64,000 nt of DNA from Eledone cirrhosa (lineage: Eukaryota). Below are positions 26,741 through 40,339 of the stretch, piece after piece; the first letter of the stretch is position 1, and each line of letters opens with the position of its first letter. Location: contig OZ024741.1 in NCBI GenBank assembly GCA_964016885.1, positions 234,174,001 to 234,238,000 on the forward strand. Reading direction: 5' to 3'. The notes below the pieces were generated by a model that searched no databases, was not told where the DNA came from, and worked only from the letters and a program-made list of their open reading frames with translations. A program made the translations under genes and the position numbers.

Positions 26741-27054
26741 CACATGAAGAACTTTGCAAAACAAATACAAACACAAAATATGTATATAAAGTTTGGGGTA
26801 ATTCTATAATTCTATAATTCAAACAAAACCCAACAGAAAAGATAAACAAATATGTAATTTAATATCAGAAAGGATTGTAGTTATTTCAAACACCGCCAGA
26901 TTTGGGACACACCACGGAACAATAAAACTTTACAGTTAACATTTGAAGATGCAGTGGTGTTGTGTCAATGAACAGACTGTAAGTGGACTGAAACTTTTTG
27001 ACAGTTTATAACATACAATATAAACAAGAAATGAAAAGAAAAAAATTGGATAAA

Positions 27055-27359
27055 TTTATAGAACACCCCATCGATTTCAGTGAGAAATAATTATTTTTCC
27101 TCGTTTTATTATTATTATTTTTTTTCGCGTGCTACTAACTAATCTTATCTCCGAATATGCTGCAAAAGACATTTTTCTGGAAAACAGGTGAGAGTGGGGA
27201 GTTTTTCCATTGGTTCTTTCGCGAACTACTAACTAAACTTACGTCCGAGAAACAAGTCCTTTGCGGCACATTCGGAGGTAAGATTAGTTGGTATAACACA
27301 CGAAAATAATAAGGTAAAATAATCATTTCTCACTTAAATCGATGCAAGTGTTCTATAAA
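27055..27359. mobile_element. MITE with ~42-bp TIRs
   Basis: TTTATAGAACACCCCATCGATTTCAGTGAGAAATAATTATTTT mirrors AAAATAATCATTTCTCACTTAAATCGATGCAAGTGTTCTATAAA. Confidence 0.75.
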
Positions 27360-29151
27360 GTTGTTTACAGTGATCATAATGGTAAACGTGCATTTCTAAT
27401 AGTAAGTGTTTAAATGTAAGTTATTTTAAGATGCAAACCAAGGGGAGACAACTCATCGTCGATAAAAGGGATATACGAAAATGGCCGGCACTTCTAGAAA
27501 ATCTAAGTTGTTATGCGATTAGCTATAAACAACAGCTACATTTCCTTCCAATTCCATCTTACCGTCTAAAAGAAAATAAAAGAAATTAGATTATGTAATC
27601 CTAAATGAATCCGGAAAAACGAGATGATTACGGTTAGAATACTTATATAACAGGTTTGCTCGATTAGAGCCGACCAGAACCTAAACACAATAATATCCTA
27701 GCATACTTAGAGTCAACTTTATATAAACTGAAAGGGTTTGTATTCCTCCACTAGCATAAGTATATGTCCCCTATGAAGACAATTTCTTATAATTAGTCTA
27801 GTTCACTAAATGGTAAATGGGTACAATGGACTAAAATATATTTTAGACTTCGTAAAATCTTAATCACTTTCCAACTTATTTAACTTCGCTATCAGTCACG
27901 ACAATGTCGTTCCTTGGTTTGTCTCAATTTTTTTTTACATCATCATTCCCAAGTGTAGAGTGTAGTGGATTGTGCATGCCTTCTCTTGTTTCCATATATG
28001 AATAAAGGATTATATTAAAAGGAATGTAACTGATTTTATTTCTTCTCTGGCATGGCAAAAGAAAGATTTTACACTGCAAGTAACATGGAAGATTGGCTCT
28101 CTCGGAGATTTGATTTTGGTAAATGGAAATAAAATCACAGGAAAAACATCCTATTTTATTTAAATACCATAAAAAAGATGATTAACTTAAAACAATAGAA
28201 ACATATCAGTAAAGATATACAAAAAAGAAAAACAGTGACAACCCTTCAATTCTGGTTAGGGCCTAAATTGTAGATATATTCGTACATGTGGCTTTTCACC
28301 CTGGATTCTTAATTTTAAATCCTCCAAGTTAGATGTGGCTTAGTAAAGGAAGATTAACACTAATTAATGAACACAAGACGAACGAGCTGCCATCATCATT
28401 AGAAACTTGGATCAAAATAGCAAATGAAATTGAAACTTAAGTGGTGACAATTGGCCTCCTAGAATGTGACTGACTATCAATACTAAGTAAATAATGTGTA
28501 TTTAGACGGAGTGAGCTATCTTGGCACCAACAAGTCACAACCTAACTTCTGACTTGTCATTTCAACAACGCAAGATGTATGAAGTCTCTTAAAAAACAAC
28601 CAAAGCCCAGATCATGACATACAAAACTATGGGAAAACTACCTCCATGGAAATACAAAAAGAAAGTCATCAAAGAAGGGCTTTCAGATACGAATGGAGTC
28701 TGAAGGCTTAATGTCCTAAGAAATAAAGAGATGCTAAGAACAAACGTTTATTGGGTGTGTAGACCAGACCATAGAAAATACTGAAAACTTAACTTGGTGT
28801 ATCAGAAAAATATTTTCATCTCACAATTAATAGAGTAATTAAGATAGCATCAGACAAAGTAGCTATGAATAAAGATAGTATGTAACTATAAAAACAACAG
28901 ACCCATGGAATACGATGACTTCCCCCACAAACATCTGACAATTACGGAGTAAAGCTGAGTGGTGTACAGAAGGCGCAAACAAAAGGTTTACAAGGTGCGA
29001 AACGGGATAAGAGAGCAATTATGTAAGCATTCAATCTGCTAAAATCATCCATAAAAAAAGGTCTAGATCTGCGATGACCTGTGGCTAACCAAGACAACCT
29101 ATGTTACTCAAAATGGGCGACAAAACATAAGAGGAGATAACTCAGTAAATG

Positions 29152-29340
29152 ATTGTTTCTACTTTTGACACAAGACCAGCAATTATTTCAGTTCATAACT
29201 GGTATTTTATTTTATCGACCCAGTAAGAATGAAAGGCAAAGTTAACCTAGGCGGGATTTGAACTCAGATCATAAAGGGCCGTAACTCTATGCTGCAATGC
29301 ATGGCGTCCGACCTTCTACCGATACTGCCAACCCACTCGC
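29152..29340 (-). mobile_element. SINE family A copy
   Basis: Reverse complement of a full family A unit. Confidence 0.85.
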
Positions 29341-30453
29341 CCTATAACTCAGTAAATAATATAACTATTATATTAGAAGATGGGGAAGCGAGCGGAAAAC
29401 AAACAGTGCGGGACTTATAAACATATTGTCCTAAGAAATCCCTGGTCAGAGGCATTGCAATATGACTATGCAATCTTTTAGGGATATATTGGAATAGATT
29501 ATCCAATGAGGCCTTTCCATTTTTTTTAAACAGTAGGGTGTGATTTGAAGGTTATTAAGCTGCCATTTTTAGCTGGTCGATCGATAACGTAACTAGTTCC
29601 CGTTAACTTAGAGAGAGGCCAAGGGGAGGCAACTCGCATCAAACATGATTATAAAGACAAAGGAAGAGAGGATGGTACAAAATGGCCGGGACAATAGAAA
29701 AAAAATATTTAAAGTTTTTTTTACATCGTAATAAATAAAAATATAAAAAGAACTCCTGTTAATTCTCTGACACAAAGGATTAAAACCAAATATAATATGA
29801 ACTAGAAAATAATTTTAAATTTTGTAATTTTCCTGCAACTGTTTCGACACATTTTAGCTGTCCTAAATATTTCGTCCACTTTCAAAATTTAGAAAACAAA
29901 TAAAAATATATAAGGTTTGTTTGTTAATTTGTTTATGATATATTAAAGAATAAAGATATGGTAAAATTTAATTTAAATGGTGTAATTGTCCTCAGTGTAT
30001 TTGGTAACTGAATTACAAAAACGGAATATTTACTTCATTACTGCGATGTAAAAAAAAAAAAGGCGGCCACTAAGTGGTTCCTCGAGTTACTGGAAATGAC
30101 AACCAAATCTACCTCAAAATACTAGTCTTAACGCAGGACTAATTGTATGAAGTGGCCCTATATATACTGAAAATACGACTGAAACAGCTTTGGTAATATG
30201 TCAGCACGATCGTAACTGACCAGGAGCTAAACAGCAACGAACAAACGAAGGTTGCTGTACACGGTCACTCAACCAGCTAGAAGTAGTAACCATAATCCCC
30301 TCAGATTACATCCTAGATTCTGAAATAAAAGGATACAAATGTCGTTCTAGATATACAATAAAAGAATTCCTTTCAACCGCGGCTGACCTAGAGATCATTA
30401 TTAAACGTTATCACTGTCATTGTTTAATATATATATACGCAGATATACATATG

Positions 30454-30501
<48 letters not shown>

Positions 30502-30867
30502 TAGGGAGGAAATAAGGATGATGATAGTAATGTTAGGAATAAAACGAAGAAAACAAATTCAAGAGTGGGATGGATCGGAGTGAGTTTGTAAGATGTTAAA
30601 GAAGCGGGGAGGGGCGTTGAATGAAGATGAATTAAGGTCAGAAAAAATAGACTTTTTTTTGTTTAAATAAAAAAAGGTTCGAATAATAATAATATTAATA
30701 ATGAAGAGTATTTTACAAGAGTGGATTGGGATTATAATGGTGTTCACCTTTGGAAGACAGGCGACGGCCAGCCATTATTATAAACGGTAACAGTTTCTCT
30801 CCTTCTCCCTCACGGTGGTGATGGCGGCGGTGATGGTGAATGAGTCGACCACCTCTTCTCTTCAGCA

Positions 30868-30880
30868 ACTCACCAGCTTA
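30868..30880 (-). other. candidate splice donor of an upstream (5' UTR) exon of the ZNF gene
   Basis: Minus CTG|GTGAGT next to a CpG-containing patch (30750-30860). Linkage to the ZNF gene is inference. Confidence 0.3.
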
Positions 30881-31352
30881 ATAATAACATACACACTCTC
30901 TCACACAATCTCATTCTTTCTTTCTCTCGGTCTCCTTTTTTTTTTATATCTCTTTCACTTCTCTTTCTTTCTTTATTTCTCTCCTTTCACTCTCGCTATA
31001 TCTCTTTGTTTTCCCTGTCTTTCTCTCTCAGACACATACCACATTATAGATGAAAGTATTTAAAGAAATACGATCTCTATATATACGCACACATTCATGT
31101 ATTATATGCATATATACACACATATATACTTATAAGCATACGTATAAGTTGTAAACAAAAAGTTTATACGAAGTTTATCTGTATACGTGAGTGAGTGTGT
31201 GCATGCTTGTTCGTTAGAACAAGAAAGTTTAAATAAAGCACTCAATAAGTTGGGACGTATATTATATTTACAATAAATGAGTTTGTTGAAAACTAACTCG
31301 AATTTCGCTTAGCTAACCAACCATAATGCGAGATTTTCAAAATATTCAAACA

Positions 31353-31411
<59 letters not shown>

Positions 31412-31790
31412 GACTCAAGCTTGACCTTAATAAGGAATATATATATATATATATATTCTTTATTAAGGTCAAGTTTGAGTCATGTTACTCTGGAGTTTCT
31501 CTTGTGTACTCAAGGGTTGTTTTAATAAAGAATATATTAATCTCTACTATTGTACTGAGTATTCATTCTCGCGATGAGCATTACTAAGTGTATATATATA
31601 TATATATAAATAAATGTGTGTGTGAGTGTATAGAAGAAGATATATATATATATTGAAAAGGCTTGCTGAACACACAATCCGAAACCGCTTGTCGCCGCGG
31701 TTCGGATTTTACATCTCTCTCCCTCTCTCTCTATCATATATATATATATATATATATATTTTTATATAAATATATATATATATATATATA

Positions 31791-32118
31791 TTGTGTATCC
31801 CCGGCATTTGCGGTCCCTGTTATTCGCAGAATTTTCCTTGGAACGTAACTAATAATTGTTCGTGGAAACCACCGCATATTCACGGAATCGTAAATATCTT
31901 CCGCGATTTTTTATGCTTTTTTCGTGGCAATATATATTTTTTCACGCTTTTCAATGCTAAATTATTAACAGCAATATACCGTATTTGCCGACCTATATTT
32001 TACGTTATGTTTTGACGTTTATAGGCATTTTTATGGACCAGGTCCAATATTCGCGGTTTTTCACTCATCGTGGGTGCTCTAGGAACGTAACCCCCCTCGA
32101 ATACCGGGGTACAACTGT
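31791..32118. mobile_element. pogo/Tigger-like MITE, copy 2
   Basis: GTATCCCCGGCATTTGCGG...GAATACCGGGGTACAACTG-TA; homologous to 2439-2748. Confidence 0.75.
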
Positions 32119-32299
32119 ATGTATATATTTGTTTCGCTGAGTGTATTATTAAATTTGAAATTTTACTTCTTTAGTGCAAATTCTTCCGAGGTAAACTATG
32201 CTTTGCTTTCGGCCTGTTATTTCGTTGACATGCGGCTGCGTGTTGTTTGTTTACATGAAGGATCTCAAATTTGAATATTTATTAGGAGGCTCTCAAGAA

Positions 32300-33600
32300 G
32301 CTAGTTAAAAGAGCTGGACTGACCACTTCAAGGGTCTACTGGGTGAACCATCCACTGTAGAAGGCGATTTCCCAAAATCTGTGGTATCACCTGAACTCAA
32401 CATCTCCACTGGACTTTTCACCTTGTGTGCGATCAACTAGATAAACAAAACACTTGAAAACAAAAATCACTCGGTCTTTCGACAACAAACCCAGTATAAT
32501 TTGGAAAGACCCAAACCTTACTTCAATCCTATTATCAATCTGCAACGACACCTTAAGCAACAAAACTCCTCAAAGTTGGCTAAAAGCAGGCATAGTTCCT
32601 GTCCCCCAAAAAGGTGAACTCTCCCCCCAAAAAACTACCGGGGAATATCACTTATGCCCATTGCTGCCAAGATCTACAACAAGCTAATCCTCAACCGTAT
32701 AGTTCCGTATGTTGATCCAATCCTTCGCACCTACCAAAACGGTTTTAGGCGTAGTAGATCTACACTTGCACAGATTTTGGCCTTGAGAAGAGTAGCGGAA
32801 AAGATGAGAAACTCCAACAGATAAATGGCTCTAGTTTATGTTGACTTTAGAAAAGCTTTTGACAGCATAAACAGAGACATTATGTTTGAAATTCTACCCT
32901 TGTATGGCATCCCAGAAAGACTTGTGGAAGCAATTAAGGCTTTGTATCTCAACACAAGTGCCACTATCATCAACCCTGATGGCCCAAACGAGTTCTTTGA
33001 CATCTCAGCAGGAGTGCTGCAGGGTGACACTCTTGCGCCATTTCTCTTTATCATTGCACTAGACAACGCTAAGACTCTCAATTGACAAAATCAATAACAA
33101 AGGTATAACCATCAACCCCCCACCCCCACCCCACCCCATGTGTTCTAGGCACCCCTCTAAACATCTCACTAACCTTGACTTTACGGATGACATTGCGCTT
33201 CTGGCAGATTGCCTAGAAAATGCGCAACAACTTTTGACATCTCTCCAAGAAGTAGCTACCTTTGTTGGCCTAGATCTCGACGAGGGTAAAACAGAGTACA
33301 TATCAAACTGTACAGGCAACAGCATCAAAGCAATCTACGGCAGTGATATCAAGCAAGTCGGGGATTTTAAGTATCTTGGGTCCTGAATAATGGACTCTTG
33401 GAAGGATTTTGCCACCAGAAGAGCCCAAGCATAGTCAGCTTGCAACAAAATAGATCTAGTTTGGCGCTCAAATTTTTCCAACCACACAAAAATCAAACTC
33501 TTCCAAGTAACAATTCAACCAAACTTACTATATGGAAGTCAAACATGGACGCTTTTATCCAAACAATAATAGCGCCTTGACACGCCTACTTCGACGCATT
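32300..33600 (+). pseudogene. RTE-clade LINE reverse transcriptase, frameshifted
   Basis: IVPVPQKG, YQNGFRRSRST, VDFRKAFDSI, GVLQGDTLAPFLF, FTDD, FKYLGS. Confidence 0.88.
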
Positions 33601-33759
33601 CCGAACTTTTTATGTCTATAAAGAGACTTGCCCGTTTTTCTAAGCCATTTATACCAACCAACTGTATTTAGAGTTATTTTTCCGCGTCTGATTTTTATTA
33701 CATTTTCTATGAAACTTGTAATCTTTCAGTGCTTCGAAAGTTCAAACTTAGCATGCGAT

Positions 33760-33839
<80 letters not shown>

Positions 33840-34222
33840 AAGTGTTAAAACGATCAAATTTTACTTTAGAACATTTATTTGCTGACAATTGTTTCTTCCA
33901 GAGGGAAGTCTGGAATCATCGGAGCATAAGGAATATCGAGACATGATACTAAAATCCTAGTCATTTAGAACATTGTTGTTAGTGTCATGTGGAGAGTCAG
34001 GAGTTAAAAAGATGTTCAGCTTGAAAGAACACAATTACAGGCAGCACTGGATGAAAGTGTAAGAGGTATAAGTAAAAATCACAAGCAAAAAAATACAGGC
34101 AAAAAAGTTATAAGCAAGGAAAATTGGTGTACAATGCAGGAGTCAATACAGTCAATAAGGCATGTATGAGGAAAGAGTTATAATGCAGTTGAAATAAACA
34201 TATTTTGTGTGGGGTGTTAAAG

Positions 34223-34314
34223 CATGTTATAATTGTTATAAATGTTTAAGATAGTGTGCATGCCTCTCTAACAAATTGCACACTATCTTAAACATTTATA
34301 ACAATTATAACATG
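34223..34314. repeat. perfect 38-bp inverted repeat with 16-nt loop
   Basis: CATGTTATAATTGTTATAAATGTTTAAGATAGTGTGCA and its exact reverse complement at 34277-34314. Confidence 0.9.
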
Positions 34315-36136
34315 ATTTATAACCGATTTATAACCGATTTATGCGAAACTTGTTTTATTCCATTTGTATTCGCATTTCAGGGTCAACTTTCTTTCAAAGT
34401 ATTTTCCCATTATGTGCCCTTTTGGCTGTATTACATTACAGACAAGCAAGCAAGCAATCGGAGAGTTTTAGCAATATATATATTGTCCTGGCATTGATGA
34501 ATATGCTGGGTCCGTCAACTCCTTATTATATATATGTGTGTGTGTGAGTGTATCATGTGTGTGTATGTGTGTGTATACACATAACAATAGATAAAATTTT
34601 GTTTTTAGCCTGATTAACAAGTTTGATAAGCAGATAGATGCCGGAGTCGGGGCTGTAAGTTAAATATGGATCTTGAGCCAATTATCTGTGAAACGTACGC
34701 AATCAATAAAAACATTAATGTGAAACTTCGTCTTGTTATACTTAATTTATACACTCTGCCTTAGCAGATCAACAAACATCAAATCTAAATCTCACTACAT
34801 TTGGAGAACGTACTTGGTCACAACCAAATAATCTAAATTTACCTCGCTGCATTTATCACGCCGAGGATCACCAAATATAATGTGGTAAAATTAAATTATA
34901 CACATTTTTACGTAATTATTACCAACAGTCGGGCTTTTGGTGAAACTGGTATTAATTTGGGTAACTATCGACTTTTTCTTTGGCCTTCTTACCGACTGAC
35001 CTAATTATCACTTGTCTAATGTTAGCCTTATTATTTTTTGTTGATTACCATAATTAATTTGTGAGATATATCAGTAACGTTGATTTCCTTATTGGATGAT
35101 TTTATGATCATAGTGAACCATTGTTGATTGCCCTGATGAATTTGTTCAATTTTTACCACCCCATTACCGAATTCCGTAGAGATATACTCTGCTACTGTTT
35201 AAACTCAGTTACCACTGCGTGGGACAGTGAGTGGCACGATATTGCAGTACCACAACTGCGTGAAGCACCTCGTGGTGGTATTTTCATTTCGTCAACTTTA
35301 GGCAAGATATGGAATAATCTTGCCTAATATTGGGTAGATAACAATCTAATGAAACATTTAATATATTATGAGAGAGTAGACTGTATTTAAAATTAAATAT
35401 AAATATATAACATTTTGTATAAGGGATTCAATTGTGGCACTATATAATGTCTATTAGAGCAAATAATTTTAATATTATAATGAGCTAGTTACCTCCCCTT
35501 ACGCATTAGTTCCCCTTAATTCCATATCCACTTCCGGATATTAAACCGTTGAAAAATCTCGCTGTAGAACAACTCTAATCCATGAATATGAATACAATAA
35601 GACCAAGTTGCAATCCATTACTATAACTAACTAAAAACATTCAATACAAACATTAACTAAAATATAACTTAACATATGTAATGGATGGGAAATCTGTAAC
35701 TTTCATATTCTACACACATACATATTTGAACTATACAGAAACTATCCTCGCATTACATCCTCCATAATACACTAACATATTCGCTTAAAGTGCTTGTATT
35801 TTATGTAATATCTTGCCATACAGTACTCATATATGCCTAATACATTTGCCTGTTTCCTTCCCATATATATGACTAACGCATGTACAATCTCTACACGCTT
35901 CCTCAATGCCTCTTTAATTATTAGACTATTCTCTTGTATTATCTGTCGCATGCATTCCACTCTGTCCTTTTAATTGTAATTTTAATTTTAATTTTAATTT
36001 TAATTATTGTACAATTCTCGTATAATATATGTCGTATCCATTACACCCTGTATATACTAAACTGTTGTCCACAACATCAATATATATGTATCTATATGAT
36101 TCTTCAGTTGAATAGGAGGTTAATTATATGTACAAA

Positions 36137-36200
36137 CATTGATAATGCTCCGATGACTCCAAACTAAAGTTTGGGAGAAACAATTGTCAGCGATTAAATG
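36137..36200 (+). ncRNA. minimal hammerhead ribozyme motif (core variant CCGATGA)
   Basis: GCT-CCGATGA-CTCCAAACT AA AGTTTGGGA-GAAA-CAATTG-TC-AGC. Confidence 0.6.
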
Positions 36201-36258
36201 ATTTGAACATAACTTTGATACTTGTGTATTTTATATTATATATATATATATATATATA

Positions 36259-36520
36259 CTAGACCACTAGTGACCCGTTGAGCCACGTTCGCTTCAAAAT
36301 ATTTTTCTAAAAATCGTGTTCACTTAAAAATAAATTTTAAATAATTAAAATATACAGACATGTATATAATGTGAAATGAAGCTGGAAGGCCCGTGTGTGT
36401 GTATATGTATGTGTGTGTTTATTCAATTTGTAATCCCATTTCAGGGGCAACTTCCTTTCAAAGTATTTTCACATTATGCGATGTATTACATGACAGACAA
36501 GCAAGCAAGCAATCACAGAG

Positions 36521-36540
<20 letters not shown>
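36259..36540 (-). mobile_element. non-autonomous Helitron-like element (partial copy at 34340-34485)
   Basis: Minus 5' TATATAATACTAAAACTCTG + (GCTT)n; 3' GGTCACTAGTGGTCTAG|T. Confidence 0.55.
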
Positions 36541-36582
<42 letters not shown>

Positions 36583-36584
36583 TT

Positions 36585-37897
36585 AACATGATAAGTAGAA
36601 AATTGCCGGAGATTACCGGAGGTTTATATAGGGAGGGACGACATACTATTTACTGTAGAAAAACATAACAATAGTGAATTAAATAGAATAAAGAAAGCAA
36701 TTATAGAATTTTTTTTTAATTATGACCTGAAATTAGAAATAGAAAATAATAATAAAATAGTTAATTTTTTGGATGTGACTAAATCTAAACTCAGGCCTTT
36801 ATTACCCTTTCCACAAAGTTAATGAGAACTTAAATTACGTTACTTTTTACCTCATCATCCTAAAAACGTTAAGAATGCGATAGTCAACAGTGTACAACAA
36901 CGAATATCCAGGCTCTCTGCTAATAGATCCATATTTAATAGTAAGGCTATATATAATAATGAAGCGTTACATAAAGCTGGATATAACAATAACATTGAGT
37001 ATATAGATAAAAATACTGAAATCCATCAAAATAAAATTAATTATAATCATAATAATCATCATAAAAATGAATATAAAAACAGCTGGATGAATAAATCGAA
37101 GAAAAAAGTAAGAATTAGATCTATAATTTGGTTTGCACCGCCAACATCCTTATGTATTAAGACACCTGTAGCACATTTATTTTTTAAAGCTTTAGATAAA
37201 TGCTTCCCTAGATCTCATAAATATTACCCTATCTTCAATAGACACACAGTTAAACTATCTTACTCAACTACTATGAATATTGCTCAAAATATAGCAAACA
37301 TTAATAATAAGAATCTAAAATCAAACCAACCTCTACTAAGCAATAATAATAACAATAATATATTAGTTTAATAGGAATAACAATAATAATAGTTTAAACA
37401 CCAATAATAGTATAACGCCTTTAAATAGCAATGAGAATAGTATATCTGTAAATAACAATGAGAATAAATGTAATTGTAGAAATAGGTCTGAATGCCCTTT
37501 ACAAAATAATTGCCTTAATAAAAATCTTGTATATAAATGTACCATTAAGGCAAATTATAATATAACTACATAGGTGCCACTTCCTCTAAATTTAAGGAAC
37601 GTTGGTATAATCACAGACATACTTTTAATAGACTGGATAAAAGATTTTCACAATTAGTATGGTCTTTAAAGGACAATAACATTAAATACTCCATCTATTG
37701 GAGGAAATTACAGGATGCTACCTCTTACTGGAACTCAGCAATCTCAGAATTTTGCCCTCTTTGCAATGAAGAGATTCTTCACATAATCAAAAACTATGAC
37801 AATTTAATCAACAAAAAAAAAAAAGAATTATTTAGTAGTTGTCATCATAAAATTGGTAAAACTTTCCAGGCAATGTACAAGTTCCAAAAAAAGTAAG
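36585..37897 (+). mobile_element. Penelope-like element fragment (RT C-half + GIY-YIG), decayed
   Basis: GLYR (YRDD site mutated), NFLDVT, IIWFAPP, TVKLSYS, CNCRNRSECPLQNNC, LVYKC..YIGATSSKFKERWYNH, CPLCNEE. Confidence 0.85.
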
Positions 37898-38149
37898 GAC
37901 AAATTACAACTTATATGTAAATTTTGCCTAATTGAAGTAATAATTTATAGATATTTATATGTAATAGAGTAACCTCATTGAGAATTTTTTTTATCCTATG
38001 ATTTGATTAGGATAGTTCAATATTTAATTAGACATCAATTAAGATATATACAATAGATAGTTTAAGGTTCTTAAAATATCGCTGGACGTGAGAGAAAAGA
38101 TTCCCTATAAGTTAAAAATTGCTTTTACATTGTAAATGAGTTATCTTCC

Positions 38150-38370
38150 TTTTGTGCTCTCAGTCTTGTGCTCTCAGTCGCTTCACGCCATGAAGCTGGG
38201 ATAAGCGCCGACCAAATGAGCCTTCTGGCTTAAGACAGACTTTAGACTTACGGCCTGCCCGCCCAGGCAGTGGGATGGCGTCATCGTATTGCTAAAACAG
38301 CAACGTGCTGTGACCAGCGGCGCCGAATGGCGCCCGACAGACTGGTCGGTCAAGGTGATCAAGGTGATAT
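38150..38370 (+). mobile_element. GC-rich SINE 3' fragment
   Basis: GC-rich island ending TGTGACCAGCG..CTGGTCGGTCAAGGTGATCAAGGTGAT (short tandem tail). Confidence 0.5.
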
Positions 38371-38662
38371 TGATGGGGATATATGCATTTTAATATATTT
38401 TAATACATATTTAATAGTTATTTAATTAGGCATTAAAGATAAATTCTTTTAAAGTTGTAGTATAATATTAATAGAATATCTTACCTTATAATAAAAAATT
38501 ATAATAATCTAGAATGAGCTAAATTAAATTAAATTAAATTAATTTAAGCATATAAATTTGTAATTAACTTAAATATTTGATTGCTATAGAAAGTAATCTA
38601 TGCCTAATAATCTGGATATAATATAAATTTATAATTAACTAAAGCGTAATCCAATACAAACG

Positions 38663-38722
38663 GTATTCACTGATAAATATGAAAAAAAATTTAATTTTTA
38701 ATTTTGTGTAGCATTTGAATAC
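38663..38722 (+). ncRNA. decayed hammerhead-like motif downstream of PLE
   Basis: GTATTCA-CTGATAA-ATAT-GAAA...GTA-GCATT-TGAATAC; stem I is GTATTCA/TGAATAC. Confidence 0.35.
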
Positions 38723-39109
38723 AACGGTTTTTTATTCTCCCCTCTATTTTATCCTTTCCTTTTCCTCTTCTTCATTTTTCTTTATTCCCCTTCTTTTTTC
38801 TTTTTTCTCCCCGCATCTTCTCTTTCTTCTGTTTTTATTCTCCTTCTTCTCTCTCTTCTTCTTTTATTCATTTATTTATTTATTTATTTGTTTATTTATT
38901 TGTTTATTTCCCTTCTTTTCCTTCGCATCTTCCATCTCAACTCCTCTTCTATATTTCTACCTTGCTCTACGTCCTCTTCTTCTCTAAGTTTATCATATTA
39001 TTTGTGGTATAAAAACGTTGAGGGTTGGGTTGGTGAAATAAACCACTGCCACTATTGGAATTGAATAATCAAAACCGTAGCGGTATGTCGCATATCCAAT
39101 CTCTTATAT

Positions 39110-39170
39110 ATTTTATCTGATGAAAACGTACTTAAACACCATTGTACCTTTGAAATATGTATAATAAAAT
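39110..39170 (+). ncRNA. minimal hammerhead ribozyme motif downstream of PLE
   Basis: ATTTTAT-CTGATGA-AAACGTAC..GTACCTTT-GAAA-TATG-TA-TA-ATAAAAT. Confidence 0.55.
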
Positions 39171-39214
39171 ATATATTTTGATTATGAGAATATTTTTCAT
39201 TTATTAATATTTTG

Positions 39215-39285
<71 letters not shown>

Positions 39286-39303
39286 CATTAAATTATTATG
39301 GTT

Positions 39304-39343
39304 ACTAGCAGAAAAGCCACCCGAAGGGTGGCTTTTCTGCTAG
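39304..39343 (-). mobile_element. Helitron-like 3' hairpin end
   Basis: Minus strand reads CTAGCAGAAAAGCCACCCTTCGGGTGGCTTTTCTGCTAG then T: a near-perfect hairpin ending CTAG|T. Confidence 0.55.
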
Positions 39344-39847
39344 CATGTGTAGTGATATTATATGCAAATATATATGCATGTAGATATGATATGTCAAATA
39401 AAATCGTAATTGACAATATGCACAGAAATTGAAGAGAGACTGTGTTACGCTCTCTTCTGTAATCGGTAAAGTAATCCATGATACATTTAAAAAAGAGAAT
39501 ATTATATATAAACGGTGAAATGTAATGAAAACGAAAAAGGAGAACATTAGCGACAAATATAAACCTTATGTAACGATGCAAATATATGAACGTTTACATA
39601 AGCGATGTAATAAGTGTTATGACGCTAACCGGAAGTGTAGACATTTTGAAATTTTAAAAGAAGTGAATCTTAAAATAAGCAATCATTACATATAAGAATA
39701 TTTATGTTTAATCGAAATTTAATACAAAAGTTATGTAATATTCATTCATTATTTATTCAAAATAATCTAACTTATTTTACTAACGGGATAAAAAAATATA
39801 TTCAGGACGCAGTCTCGCACTCCTCCCTTTATTATATTATGATTGGT

Positions 39848-40020
39848 GAGCTTTGTTATTCTAAAGTTTCACCTGCGCAATCACAGGATCACCAGTCTTG
39901 TCTGATGATCCTGTGAGCACGCAGGTGAGACTCCAGAGTAACAAGGCTTAGCCATAATAAATGAATATTTAAACTCTACTTCGGTATTGAGTTTTCATTC
40001 TTACGTCCGTCAATAATTCA
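39848..40020 (+). mobile_element. fold-back double-hammerhead element (family HH-2), copy 1
   Basis: Plus CTTGT-CTGATGA-TCCTG..CAGGT-GAGA-CTC CA GAG-TA-ACAAG, mirrored on minus at 39848-39895. Tail shared with 57801-58000. Confidence 0.7.
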
Positions 40021-40339
40021 CGTACACTCAGGTCTTGAATAATCGTCCCCACCCTCCCCTTATTAATTTGTCAGATTTTTTCCACCCCACCCTACACCCG
40101 CATATTAAATTTTGCTAATCTATCTTCGGCGAAATTTTATTGTAAGAGATGCATATCAATACAGCAGCTGGAGGATCTAATGATAATTTTATTTTACATT
40201 TAAAAAACATTATATATGACAAAAGAAGAACATTACAAGAAACCCCATATTTACGAACGTACACTATACAACTACTGATTTTCCAATTATTGACACCCCT
40301 TCTGTTATTTGGGACTCGAGAGTGCGACCGAACACTCCT

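Noticed and set aside
34600-34815. Possible LTR end plus primer-binding site (CTACA-TTTGGAGAACG)
   Set aside because: No second LTR or gag/pol remnant could be recognised.
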